Source of the DNA: Sminthopsis crassicaudata
Lineage: Eukaryota
Length of the DNA: 64,000 nt
Direction of reading: 5' to 3'
Assembly: GCF_048593235.1 (NCBI RefSeq)
Contig: NC_133622.1
Coordinates: 244,532,055-244,596,054 of the forward strand
Positions 37,251 to 48,449 of this stretch are shown piece after piece. Position 1 is the first letter of the stretch. Each line of letters opens with the position of its first letter. The position numbers were made by a program, and so were the translations under genes. Below the pieces are notes generated by a model that did no database searches, had not been told where the DNA came from, and was given only the letters and a program-made list of their open reading frames with translations.

Positions 37251-37464
37251 GAAGTGGTACAGAGAGACTTATTAAGTCTAGCAAAAACAGTGAATGGAGG
37301 ATCAAAGATTTGGCAGTATTGAAAATAAAGCTGCTAAAATGAGGTCCTGTGAAAGTCTGAAAAACTGTCTATAATTCTTATAGGCAGAAAATGGGCTCAT
37401 TCTTTATAATATTCTTACTTATTATTGTATTAGGTGACCCTGAGGATAACTGGATAGGTTAAGA

Positions 37465-38442
37465 CTAGCTGGAATGAGATACATGTTGTCCAGTAGGGAG
37501 AAGTAGAGATGGGATGCCCAAGAATGAAGATCTAAAACTTTTCCTGAAAGCATTCTTGACTTCCTTGTTCCTCAAACTGTAGACCAACGGGTTCAGCATT
37601 GGAATAATCATGGCATAGAACACAGAAGCCAATTTGTCTATGTCCATGGAATGACTAGAGCTTGGTTGCAGGTACATGAAAGTGATTGTCCCATAGAATA
37701 TGGACACTGCTATGAGATGGGAAGCACAGGTAGAGAAGGCTTTTTTCCGACCCTCAGCAGAACGGATTTTCAGAATGGCAGCAAGGACAAAGAGATAAGA
37801 GGTGCAGATGACCATGAGGGCAAAGGAGATGTTGAATCCCCCTAATATAAAGAGCACCCACTCATTAATGTGGATATCCGAGCAGGAAAGAGCCAGGAGA
37901 GGGGGAATATCACAAAAAAAATGATGAACTATGTTGGAACTACAGAAGGAGAGGCTAAAAGTATCTCCTACACTCACAGAGGAAGTCAGAAAGCCACAGA
38001 TGTAGGAACCAACAGCTAGACGTATACACACTCCTGATGTCATTGTCATGGTATAATATAGAGGCTTGCACACAGCCACATGACGATCATAGGCCATGGA
38101 AGCTAGGAAGAAACTTTCAACAGTAGTGAATGTTGCAAAAAAGAACAATTGTGTTACACATCCATTGTAGGAGATGACCTTGTCCCCTGTGAGGAGTCCA
38201 ACCATCACCTTGGGAGTAACAGCTGATGAGTAGCCAAAATCCACCAGAGAGAGGTTACTGAGGAAGAAGTACATGGGGCTGTGGAGACGGGAGTCCCAAA
38301 AGATCAGGGCTACCATTCCCAGATTTCCCACCAATGTGATGATATAGATTAGGGTGAATATTATAAAAAGGGGGATCTGAAGCTCTGGGGCATCTGTTAG
38401 TCCTAGAAAAATGAATTCATTAATTTCTGAGCCATTCTCCAT
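37465..38442 (-). CDS. OR5B: Olfactory receptor, OR5B subfamily (U4), intact 7TM core, atypical C-tail, 325 aa
   Basis: NGS site, [53 protein letters not shown]. Acceptor AG at 38473-38472. Confidence 0.95.
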   Translation of the reverse strand: MENGSEINEFIFLGLTDAPELQIPLFIIFTLIYIITLVGNLGMVALIFWDSRLHSPMYFFLSNLSLVDFGYSSAVTPKVMVGLLTGDKVISYNGCVTQLFFFATFTTVESFFLASMAYDRHVAVCKPLYYTMTMTSGVCIRLAVGSYICGFLTSSVSVGDTFSLSFCSSNIVHHFFCDIPPLLALSCSDIHINEWVLFILGGFNISFALMVICTSYLFVLAAILKIRSAEGRKKAFSTCASHLIAVSIFYGTITFMYLQPSSSHSMDIDKLASVFYAMIIPMLNPLVYSLRNKEVKNAFRKSFRSSFLGIPSLLLPTGQHVSHSS

Positions 38443-40195
38443 AGATACTACTGGGAAGTTAGGTTATTTACCTGTAACAAGAAAGAAAATAAAAGAAGAG
38501 TGAACTCAGACTCAAAATGTCTCTGAGTCAGAAAATATCACCCCAAATGTAGATATCTATTGTGAATGGTGGAGATACATGTATGAGGGAAGAGAAGGAT
38601 CTAAATGATTTTCATGGAAAAATTGAACCATTAATGACTGAGTTTTGGGGTCTGTCAGTTTAATAACTGCTAAAGTCACTTAATTGTGTTATCATCTAAC
38701 AAAGTACTCTATGTCTTTTCCAAAATTATATTATGAGAAATATTATGTGAAATAAATTCTAGGTAGATTATTAGTAGTATTCCCCTGAACAACAACAGCC
38801 AGTATTTATATAGCACTTTAAGATGTCCAGGGCACTTTATATGTTTTTCCCATGTTTTCTTGTATGTAGATTATTTCATTTTGTTTGTCTTGTTTTGCTA
38901 TTAGATGATGAGCTCTTTGAGAATAGACGCTGTCTTTTGCTTCTTTTTGTATCCTCAGCCCTTAGCAAATTGCCTGCAACATAGTAAGAACTTTATGAAT
39001 TGTTTGGTGATTGATTTCTGCAGATAACAATGCTAGGAGTTAGGCACTATTATTATCTTGATCTTGAAGATGAAGATACCAAGTTTGAGAAATTGCCATG
39101 CCCAGAGTCACAAAGTCAGGAAAGGTCTAAAGCAGGATCTGAATGCAGGTTTACCTGAATCTAGGGCCATGGCTCTGCCAGTATGTTACTGAGTTACCTA
39201 GTGATCATGTATGATCATGGAAGAAAAAAAATGTTTTCTGGATAAAATAAAATAAAGTAAAAACATGACCAGAAGATAGCGGCAGTGTTTTGTAGTAAGT
39301 ACATAGGGCAATGAAGTTAGAATCAGAAAGACTTGAGTTTGAAGTCTACCAAAGCTATTCTGTGGCCAATTCTTTTGTTTGTTTTTTGGGGTGGAAAGAA
39401 TTGGGGTTAAGGGACTGTCCAGGGTCACACAGCTAGTGGCAAATGTTTGAGGCTATATTTGATCTCAGGGCTTCCTGACTCCATAATCAGTTCTCTATCT
39501 GTGTCCCTTTTCCTAAACAATTCTAATCCCTTCTCTGAGCCCATGTGATCTTGTCTGTTAAATGGGAATACAAAAATATCTATAGAGTATTCCTCCTGTA
39601 ATTATCTTTAGAGGCAAATGAGTTATTGGATGTATAATACTCTGCAAGCTGTGAAAGTTCATATAACTAAGTTGTTACAAGGAACCACATCTATTCCAAT
39701 TATTGTGTCTTCCTCAGTATTTTTCAGCATTATTACTGCAGAGTAGGTACTTAAAGTTTGCTGATTTATTCATATTTTATTAGCATTAGGATTTTGCCTT
39801 GATCCCCTTCAAAATAATGTCTTGATCTCTTGAATTACTGTGAGGGAATCGTTTTTCAAAGTGCAAGCAAAATAGAGAATATTAATTTGTGTATATAAAG
39901 AGAATATTAATTTATGTGCATTTAGCACTTCAAGGTTTGCAAATCAATTTTCTTCACATTAACTCTTCTAAGTCTTATAAGTCTCAAAACAATCCTCTAA
40001 CTTGAATATCATTGGTATTGTTAGACTCAGTTAGGACAGAAAATGAGACTCAGAGATTTAATCTGAGAAATGATCTCAAAGAGAACAAATATCAAGGACA
40101 GAATTTTAATCAAAATCATCTTGACTATAAGTCTAGAATGTTATTCTCTATTCCCTTCCAAATAAACTATCAAGTCTTGAATTAAATGTCCCAGC

Positions 40196-40204
40196 ACTTA
40201 CCTG
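40196..40204 (-). other. Putative 5' splice donor of the U4 leader exon (CAG|GTAAGT)
   Basis: Perfect consensus donor about 360 nt downstream of the U4 TATA position. Confidence 0.45.
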
Positions 40205-40554
40205 GCATGTATAGAAAGATGGGTTTTATTCTAGAAAGGAGAGATGATCAAAAACTTCACAAATAGATCTTGGAGTTTTAGTCCCAAGCTCAGGAAGCAG
40301 GCAAACCTACTAGAAAAAAATGTTTTTCTAATCCTTGGTCTTCAAATATTCCTAGATTTGAAGGGGCCACATCTGATCTATAGGAATGATAGTAGAGTTG
40401 TGATTTTGTCTCTAGCTCAGTGGTGAACAATAATAGAAATTAATAGAGAACAAATGAATGATTTAGTGACTCAGGTGATGCTGACCCATAAAGTGGTAGA
40501 GCAATATTCCTTAATTATGAAACATCAATGTTAATAGATGAAGACAAGGATCAG

Positions 40555-40730
40555 AAAGTCACTTTATGCAGATTTGGGAGCCCTTCAGCTTTTAGGAGAT
40601 GGTTTCCCCTTAAGAGAAACTTGGCACCTCTAGCAGCAATTTGTGGGGAAAAAAACAAACCAAGTCATTAAATTCTGCTCTGATCATGGAGGACACACTT
40701 TGATTGTCCAGGGAGACCGTTTTCTCATGG
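40555..40730 (-). promoter_or_regulatory. Putative promoter cassette of U4
   Basis: CATAAAG at the TATA position (40562-40568), TAATGA 40665-40670, O/E-like CTCCCTGGA 40707-40715. Confidence 0.6.
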
Positions 40731-41100
40731 GTGTTTTGTCATTCTTAACTTGTTGCTGGCAAAGTGAGGTAAAGAATAAACTATGGACAATGGGATACTA
40801 AAACTGGGATTATTATTCTGCTTCTACCACATCCTACATCTATGACCCTGCAAAAGTCATGACACATCTTCAAGTCTTAGTATATCCATCATTAAAATGG
40901 AAATAATTACCTCTGTTCTGATTATACTGAAGAGACTATGGTGTAGAAAAATGTGATATTACTCATGAAAGCCAACATAGGGTAGGGAAAAGAGCATTGA
41001 GGTGGAGTGAGAGGCTGTGGGCCTGGAGTTTTAGCTCACTGTGAAATTTTAGGCAGTTCCTTGCCATCTCTGAATTTTGTATTCTTCAACAATAAAATAG

Positions 41101-41241
41101 GGGGCAGCTAGGTGGTGCAATGGATAGAGCATCAGTCCTGAAGTTTAGAGGACCTGAGTTCAAATGTGGTCTCAGACCTTAACCCCTCCTAGCTGTGTGA
41201 CCCTGGGCAAGTCACTTAACCCCAACTGCTTCAGGGAGGAA
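41101..41241 (+). mobile_element. WSINE1-like tRNA-derived SINE, full length
   Basis: GGGGCAGCTAGGTGG...GTTCAAAT...GTCACTTAACCCCAA, with 13-bp TSD-like flanks AACAATAAAATAG / AACAGTAAAATGG. Confidence 0.85.
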
Positions 41242-41489
41242 AACAGTAAAATGGAAACAAGCATATATGCATATTCTAGCTTTCAGGATTATTGTGAGGA
41301 TAGGGCTTTGTATTGTGAGGAAACTGCTTTTTCTCAATTACAGAATGTTTATATTATTCTCATGGATATCACCACAATCATGTTTCAATCAACACTTTGC
41401 TCCTAATTCAACTATGGCCCCAATCTCCACCCAGATCCATCAGATTCACAATCTTTTGGAGCTCTAGTCCTCAAGGACAAATGTCCTTA

Positions 41490-44400
41490 AGTTTTTTTTT
41501 TTATATTTATTTTTAATACACATTGTTTTATGTCATGTTGAGAGAGAAAAATTTGGAGCAAAAAGGAAAAATCATGGGAGAGATTAGAAAAAAAAACAGA
41601 AAAAAAGAAGTTAACATATTCATATTCAATCTCCATAGTTCTTTTTCTGGATACAGATGGCATTTTCTGTCCAAAATGTAAAGGGCTAGAACTGAGCAAA
41701 TGCACTTGGATAATGGAGCACGTGAGACTAATTGCCAATTGGACAGTTCCCTATTAACTTGTTTGAAGGTTGACCCTCCCTAGCTATTCTGTGCTGACTT
41801 GATTGGTGAGACAAAGAAGGGGAAGTGAAGTGTGTGGGAGAAATAGGGGGAGGAAGAGGAAATTGAGACGCTCTTACTGTCTCTCTCGTGGCTTTGGAGG
41901 GAGGAAGGTGTGTGTGGAGATTGCTAGATTTAATTCCCTGACCTTGACCATAAAAGATCAAGAATAAAGACGTTTAGTGATCCTGACTCCGGCTGATTTC
42001 TGGGAAGATAGAGTTCCAGCACCAAAATCTATTGGGATTATTAAAAAATTGCATCACTTGAAGCACTAAGAAGATTCAAGTCTTGTATAGTTGATCATCA
42101 CAAATTCTTGCTGTTATTGTGTACAATATGGTCCTGGTTCTGATTGTTTAGCTCAGCATCAGTTTGTATAAAACCAGAGCTTTCTAAAATCATTTTTTAA
42201 ATTCAACATTTTAGCTTGCTGAAAAATTTTTGGATCTTGAATTGATCATCCAATGTGTGAGTTATCCATTCAAATTTTAAATTAAAATCATGTAACAGTA
42301 ATATTCCATTATCTTCATATACCACAACTTTTTCAGCCATTCTCCAATTGATGGGCATCTACTTTTTTCCAATTCTTTTCTACCACAAAAAGAGCTGCTA
42401 CATTTTTATACTTGTAGGTCCTTTTCCTTCCTTTATGATTTCCTTGGGATTCAGACCCAGTAGTGACACTTCTGGAGTCAAAGAGTATGCACACTTTTAT
42501 AGCCCTTTGGACATAGTTCCTAACTCCTCTCCAGAATTGCTCGATCATTTCACAACTCCATCAACAATGTATTAGTTTTCCAGTTTTCCCACATTCTGTC
42601 CAACATTTATCATTATCTTAGCCAATGAGAGATATGTGAGTTGGTACCTTGCATTTATCTAATCAATCATGATTTAGAACATTTTTCATATGACTTTAGA
42701 TGGCTTTAATTTTGTCTTCTGAAAATTGTCTGTTCATATCTTTTGACCATTTATCAATTGTGAAAGGACTTGTATTTTTATAAATTTGACATAGTTTTTT
42801 TTGTTCTAGAAATGAGACAGAAACCTAACTATATATATATTTTTTCTTAGTTTTGTATTTTCCTTTTAATCTTGTTTCTATTGGTTTTGTTTGTGCAACC
42901 CCTTTTTAATTTAACATAATAATTGTCCATCTTGCCTTTTATAATGTTTTCTAGTGTTTTTTTTAGTCCTAAATTCTTCCCTTCTCCAAATATCTGATAG
43001 GTAAATTACCTCTTGCTCTCCTAGTTTGTTTATAGTATTATCCTTTATGCCCAAATCATGTACCCATTTTGACCTTATGGGGTATGAGATGTAGGTCTAT
43101 GCCAAGTTTCTGATATAACTTTCCAGTTTTCCCAGAAAATTTTGTCAGATAGTGAGTTCATATTCCAGAAGTTGGAATTTGGGGGGAGTATCAAACACTA
43201 GGACTGTAAGCCTTGATTATGGTGTTGCTTATATCTAACCTATTCCACCAATTTACCACATTGTTTCTTAACTAGAACCAAATGGTTTTGTTGATGACTA
43301 CTGCTTTAACCAAATGGTTTTGATGACTGCTGCTTTATAATAGTTTTAGGTTTGCAAATTAAGCCAATTTCTTTTGTATTTTTTCAGTAATTCCGTTGAT
43401 ATTCTTGTCTTTGTTCTTTCAAATAAATTCTGTTATTATTTTTAGTTCTATACAATAATTTTTGTCAGTTTTATTGGAATGGAGCTGAACAAGTAGATCA
43501 ATTTAGACAGAATTGCTATTATTATTATATTAGCTCAGCCTACCTATGAGCAATGAATAATTTTCCAGTTGTTTAGATCTGACTTTATTTGTATGAGAAG
43601 TGTTTTGTAATTATGTTCATGTAGTTCTTGAGTTTGTCTTAGCAGATAGACACCCAGATTTTGTCTACAGATATTTTAAATGAAATTTCTCTTTCTGATG
43701 GGCTTTGTCAGTAATACATAGAAATATATAGAACAGCTGATGATTTGTGTGGGTTTATTTTATATCCTGTAACTTTGCTAAAACTGTCAATTATTTCACG
43801 CAAGTTTTTGGATGATTTTCTAGGATTCTCTAAGTATATCATCATATATTTTTCTTATTGCCAAAGCCAAAATTTCTAGTTCAGTGTTGAATAGTAGTGA
43901 TAATAATGGGCATCCTTGTTTCACCTCTGATTTTATTGGAAATGTGTCTAGCTTCTCCATTATAAATAATGCTTGCTATTTGTTTTAGATAGATACTTCT
44001 TATTTTAAGGAAAACTCCTTTTATCCCTATGCTCTCTATTATTTTTAATAGGAATGGGTAATGTATTTTCTCAAAGGCTTTTTCTGCAACTATTGAGATT
44101 ATCATATAATTTCTGTTTGTTTTGTTATGGATATGGTTGATTATGGTGATAGTTTTCCTGATATTGAACCAGCCCTACATTTCTAGTATAAATTCCATTT
44201 GGTCATATATATTATCCTGTTGTTTGTACTCTCTTTGCTAATATTTTATTTAAATTTTTTACATCAATATTCATCAGGAAGATTGGTCTGCATTTTTTGT
44301 TTGTTTGTTTGTTTTGGCTCTTCCTGGTTTAGGTATCATTACCATATTGGTGTCACAGAAGGAATTTGTCAGGACTCCTCCTTTACCTGTCCCCCCCCCC

Positions 44401-45050
44401 AATACTTTACTTATTATTGGAATTAATTGTTCTTTAAATGTTTGGTAGAATTCACTTGTGAATCCATTTGGCCCGGGAGATTTTTTCTTAGGGAGTTAAT
44501 TAATAGCTTATTCAATGTCTTTTTCTAAAATGGGACTATTTAAGTAACTTATTTCCTCTTTTGTTAATCTGGGCAATTTATACTTTTGTAAATATGCATC
44601 TATTTTGGTTAGATTGCTGTATTTGCTGCCACAAATTGGGCAAAATAGCTCCTAACTTTTGCTTTAATTTCTTTTTCATTGGTGGTAATTTCACACTTTT
44701 CATTTTTGATGTTGGTGATTTCCTCCCCCCTTTTTCTAAATCAAATTAATCAAAGATGTATCTATTTTGCTGTTTTTGTTTTATAAAACCAACTTTGCTT
44801 TATTAATTATTTCAATAGTTTTCTTAGTTTCAGTTTTACTAATCTCTCCTTTGAGTTTCAGAATTTCTAATTAGGTATTTCTAATTTGTTTTTTTTTTCC
44901 TCTGGTTTTTTTAATTGCATGCCCAATTCATTGATCCCATTTTTCTGTATTTTATTTCTGTATCTATTTAGAGATACAAAATTTCCCCTGAGGACTGATT
45001 TGGCTCTATCTCATAGGTTTTGTTATGTTGTATCATTATTGTCATTCTCT
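41490..45050 (-). mobile_element. Duplicate copy of the LINE-1 at 33010-36290, interrupted by an LTR
   Basis: Collinear with 33010-36235. Shares a private tandem duplication (CAAATGGTTTTGATGAC x2 at about 34432 and 43279) and the same 5' flank. Confidence 0.88.
41677..42021 (+). mobile_element. Solo ERV LTR, 345 bp, same family as 21235-21578
   Basis: TGTAAAGG...CAGCA, perfect 6-bp TSD CCAAAA. Empty site in the paralogous L1 near 33200. Confidence 0.88.
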
Positions 45051-45052
45051 TG

Positions 45053-45677
45053 TGTTGGTGGCTTCTGGGATCTAATTCTGACCAGCAGAATATATTGTAT
45101 CATGTGAGAGGATGCAAATGATACAAAGAAATGACAGGCAACAGTTTGTCAATGAATACCTCCATGAAATACCTATTCCCCTGCCCTATGCAGAATATAT
45201 ATGTTTTCAAGACACAGCAAAGTTATTGTCTGTTAATGAAAAGCATTCATTCCTTCCTAAGCAAAACCTGCTTCTTGTAACTCTGTTTTATGACCTCCAA
45301 ACATTTATCACATTTATCTCTGATTGCCAGGGTCATGTTGATTCTAACTTGACTACTAACTCTGTTTAAAAGTAAGATAACTGTAGAGACTGATTTGCAA
45401 TTCTTTATTCCCTTAACTCTTAAAGTACTGCAGGGCTGTGAGACCAGATTACCCCTTAACTCTCAAAGTGTGTTGTAATACACAGCTACAGGGCAAAGTG
45501 TGCTGTAATACACAGCTACAGGGCAAAGTGTGCTGAACTACACAACTGCAAGGGAGAACAAATTATTCCCTTAACTCCCAAAGGGTGCTATAATACACAA
45601 TTGTAGGGTTTATGTACAAATCCCTGTTTAACCCTTTACAGACTTTTAGGGTTTCACACTATGTTTGGTCCTCAACA
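45053..45677. mobile_element. Solo ERV LTR, 625 bp, with an internal 30-bp tandem repeat
   Basis: TGTTG...CAACA inverted termini, perfect 6-bp TSD CTCTTG. Three 30-bp units at 45464-45553. Empty site near 36232. Confidence 0.88.
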
Positions 45678-47051
45678 CTCTTGGATGAAATTATTGAATG
45701 TTTCTGAGATTGTTTGACCCATTCATTTTTAAAAAGAAAATATTGCTCATTCTTGAGACCCAAGTGGAAATACCTAAAGATTTGTATACCAAAGATTTGT
45801 ATTCAAATTCCAGCTCCAAAAGATATGAGTTATATCACCAATTTAATTAAATTTTAGTTTTCTCAATTTCTCACTTCTTATGAACTGATCAGAATCCAAT
45901 TCATCACTTATTAACTGTTTATTATGCCCTAATCTATGTTTCTAGGCTCTGTAAATACAAAGAATTAAAATAGAAGAGATCTCCTCCAGACATTAGTTTC
46001 CTGGGATTATATGAAAACATATACACAGATAAGCATGATGCAAAATACAGGGCAACAAAATAGATCCATGCAAACCATTTAAGGGGAATATGAGGAGGAG
46101 GAAAAATTGAGGAAATGAAGGATGAGTCTTTGTGTAGGTATGAAATGGAATCTCAATCCTAAAGAAAGAGAAAACTTCAATATTGTGTGAGAAGAAGGAT
46201 GAAATGTATTTTAGGGACAGGGAATATTTTATAGGAAATATCAGAATCAGCAGAGGATAGGACAAGGCTAAGCCTTAAACCATTTTGCCTGGAACATCCT
46301 AAATTAGAATTATTTCAAAGTAGCTACAATTATGTAGAAAGATCAGAGAAAGACTAGTTTGAAAGAAGACAAAAGTCACTAACCTTCCAATGTTCTGCAA
46401 CCAGCCTAGCGCTCATGAATTGTACTAAACAGGGTAACATGATATGAAAGATTAGTAACACTTACCAGTTTCACCCATTTGAGGAAGCATTTATAAGTCA
46501 GTTAGATATTGTAAAAATTATAGAATGAATTTCTGATCACTAGTCAAATGAATGTTTAACTGAGAAGTTCACAGGAGTATGCAAAGGAGAGGGAAGTTCA
46601 AAGAAGAGATGATCTTAGAAAGATATTTCATTATTTTCTGTGACAAGCCAAGAAATGAAAATGTTTTTACTCATTTTATTGAAGTAGTACAGAGAGTCTT
46701 ATAAAGCATACCAAAAAACAGTGAATGGAGGATCAAATATTTGGAAATTCCTGAAAACAGAGCTTCTGCTAAAATAAGGTCCACTTAAAGTCTGAAGGGG
46801 GGAAAGAGAGAAAGTTAAAGGAGAAAGGGAGGGGGTGAGAAGGGAAGAGGAAGAAATAGAAGATGAGGGAATGGCCAGTTTATTCTATTGGCCAAAAGAG
46901 GGGTTAGGACTGGTGAGGAGAGTTTGGTTTCTTAAGCCTCAACTAGTCAATCACTGGAAGACAATATGAGCCTTTGTAATTGTGAGTAAAAGAATTTCAT
47001 TTTATATCATTATATCCCACTGTCTAGTAGATAATGTACTCTAAATTAATG

Positions 47052-47057
47052 TTTATT
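47052..47057 (-). terminator. Putative polyadenylation signal of U5 (AATAAA)
   Basis: About 200 nt past the stop; homologous to 2266-2271. Confidence 0.5.
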
Positions 47058-47253
47058 TATAGTTTCATTGTTCCTATATAGTAATCCTGCAAGGTCCCAT
47101 GACTGATAAGTGTTCTTGTCAGCATTTGAATCTCTGCTTCTCCTCAGTCTAAGTATAATCCTTTTCTTACTATATTACACTGAATCTAGAAAAAATAGAT
47201 GTCAGTTTAAGATAAGACTGTGATTTAGGGCCCAGAGTCTAGAGAAAGAAGTT

Positions 47254-48237
47254 TTAGATTTTGTCTTCTCTTAAGCAAAATGCTAAGCCTAATGAAATCT
47301 TTATCTCCCCCAAAGCTTTTCTGAAAGCAACATGGATGTCTTTGTTCCTTATGGTATAGACTAGAGGATTCAACATGGGAATGATCATGGTATAGAATAC
47401 AGAAGTCACTTTGTCTGTGTCCATAGAATGGCTAGAACTGGGTTGTAAGTACATAAAGATTATTGTCCCATAAAATATGGACACCACAGAAAGGTGAGAA
47501 GCACAAGTAGAGAAGGCTTTCTGGCGACCCTCATTAGATTGGATCTTCAGGATGGCCATAAAGATGAATAGGTAAGAAATAAAAATAAAAAAGAGTCCAA
47601 AAGAGATTGTGAATCCTCCTAAGATAAAGATTACCACTTCATTGATGTATACATCAGAGCAGGAGAGAGCCAGGAGAACAGGAATGTCACAGAAAAAGTG
47701 ATGGACCACATTGGAACTACAGAAGGAGAGGCTAAAGGTCTGTCCTGTAATAGTAGCAGAGTTCAAAATTCCACCAATATATGCAATAATGGTCAGACAA
47801 GTGCACACACTTGATGTCATGGTGGTAGAATAATGGAGGGGCTTACATATTGCTGTGTGTCTGTCATAGGCCATAACAGTCAGGAGATAAATTTCAGTAG
47901 TGCAAAAGCTTGAAAAGAAGAACATTTGTGCAGCACATCCATTGTAGGAGATGACCTTGCCCCCTATGAGAAAACCAGCCATAACCTTGGGTGTGACAGC
48001 TGAGGAATAGCCAAAATCTACCAGAGCGAGATTATTGAGAAAAAAGTACATTGGAGTGTGCAAGTGGGAGTCCCAGGAGATAAGGGCTACTATCCCTAAG
48101 TTCCCCACAAGGGTAGTGAGATAGATGATGGTGAACATTATGAAGAGAGGAACTTGAAGTTCTGGAGTATCTATTATTCCTGTGAGAATGAACTCACTCA
48201 TCTCTGTTCTGTTCTTTATGGATGTCATTTGGGACAT
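47254..48237 (-). CDS. OR5B: Olfactory receptor, OR5B subfamily (U5), intact, 327 aa (could also start at the second Met, 48228)
   Basis: All OR motifs present. Closest paralog of U1 by inspection. Acceptor AG at 48250-48249. Confidence 0.95.
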   Translation of the reverse strand: MSQMTSIKNRTEMSEFILTGIIDTPELQVPLFIMFTIIYLTTLVGNLGIVALISWDSHLHTPMYFFLNNLALVDFGYSSAVTPKVMAGFLIGGKVISYNGCAAQMFFFSSFCTTEIYLLTVMAYDRHTAICKPLHYSTTMTSSVCTCLTIIAYIGGILNSATITGQTFSLSFCSSNVVHHFFCDIPVLLALSCSDVYINEVVIFILGGFTISFGLFFIFISYLFIFMAILKIQSNEGRQKAFSTCASHLSVVSIFYGTIIFMYLQPSSSHSMDTDKVTSVFYTMIIPMLNPLVYTIRNKDIHVAFRKALGEIKISLGLAFCLREDKI

Positions 48238-48449
48238 GGTTCATTCACCTGTAATAAAAAAGAAACTATTAAAAATACCTAAGCACATTGAATTTCTTCC
48301 AGGCATAAATTCTTGTTTATGGATATATTGGAACATATAAGATAATGTGAATGAGTAACAAAATGCAAGATCTACTTGATAGGATTAGAAAATGTGTAGA
48401 GTGAAATAATAATAATAATAAAAAAAACAAGAAGTCAACCAAATTGGAA

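Noticed and set aside
41101-41241. tRNA-like A/B boxes
   Set aside because: Head of a tRNA-derived SINE; no cloverleaf 3' half.
45464-45553. 30-bp direct repeats resembling a CRISPR array
   Set aside because: Head-to-tail with no spacers, inside an LTR, in a mammalian genome with no cas genes.
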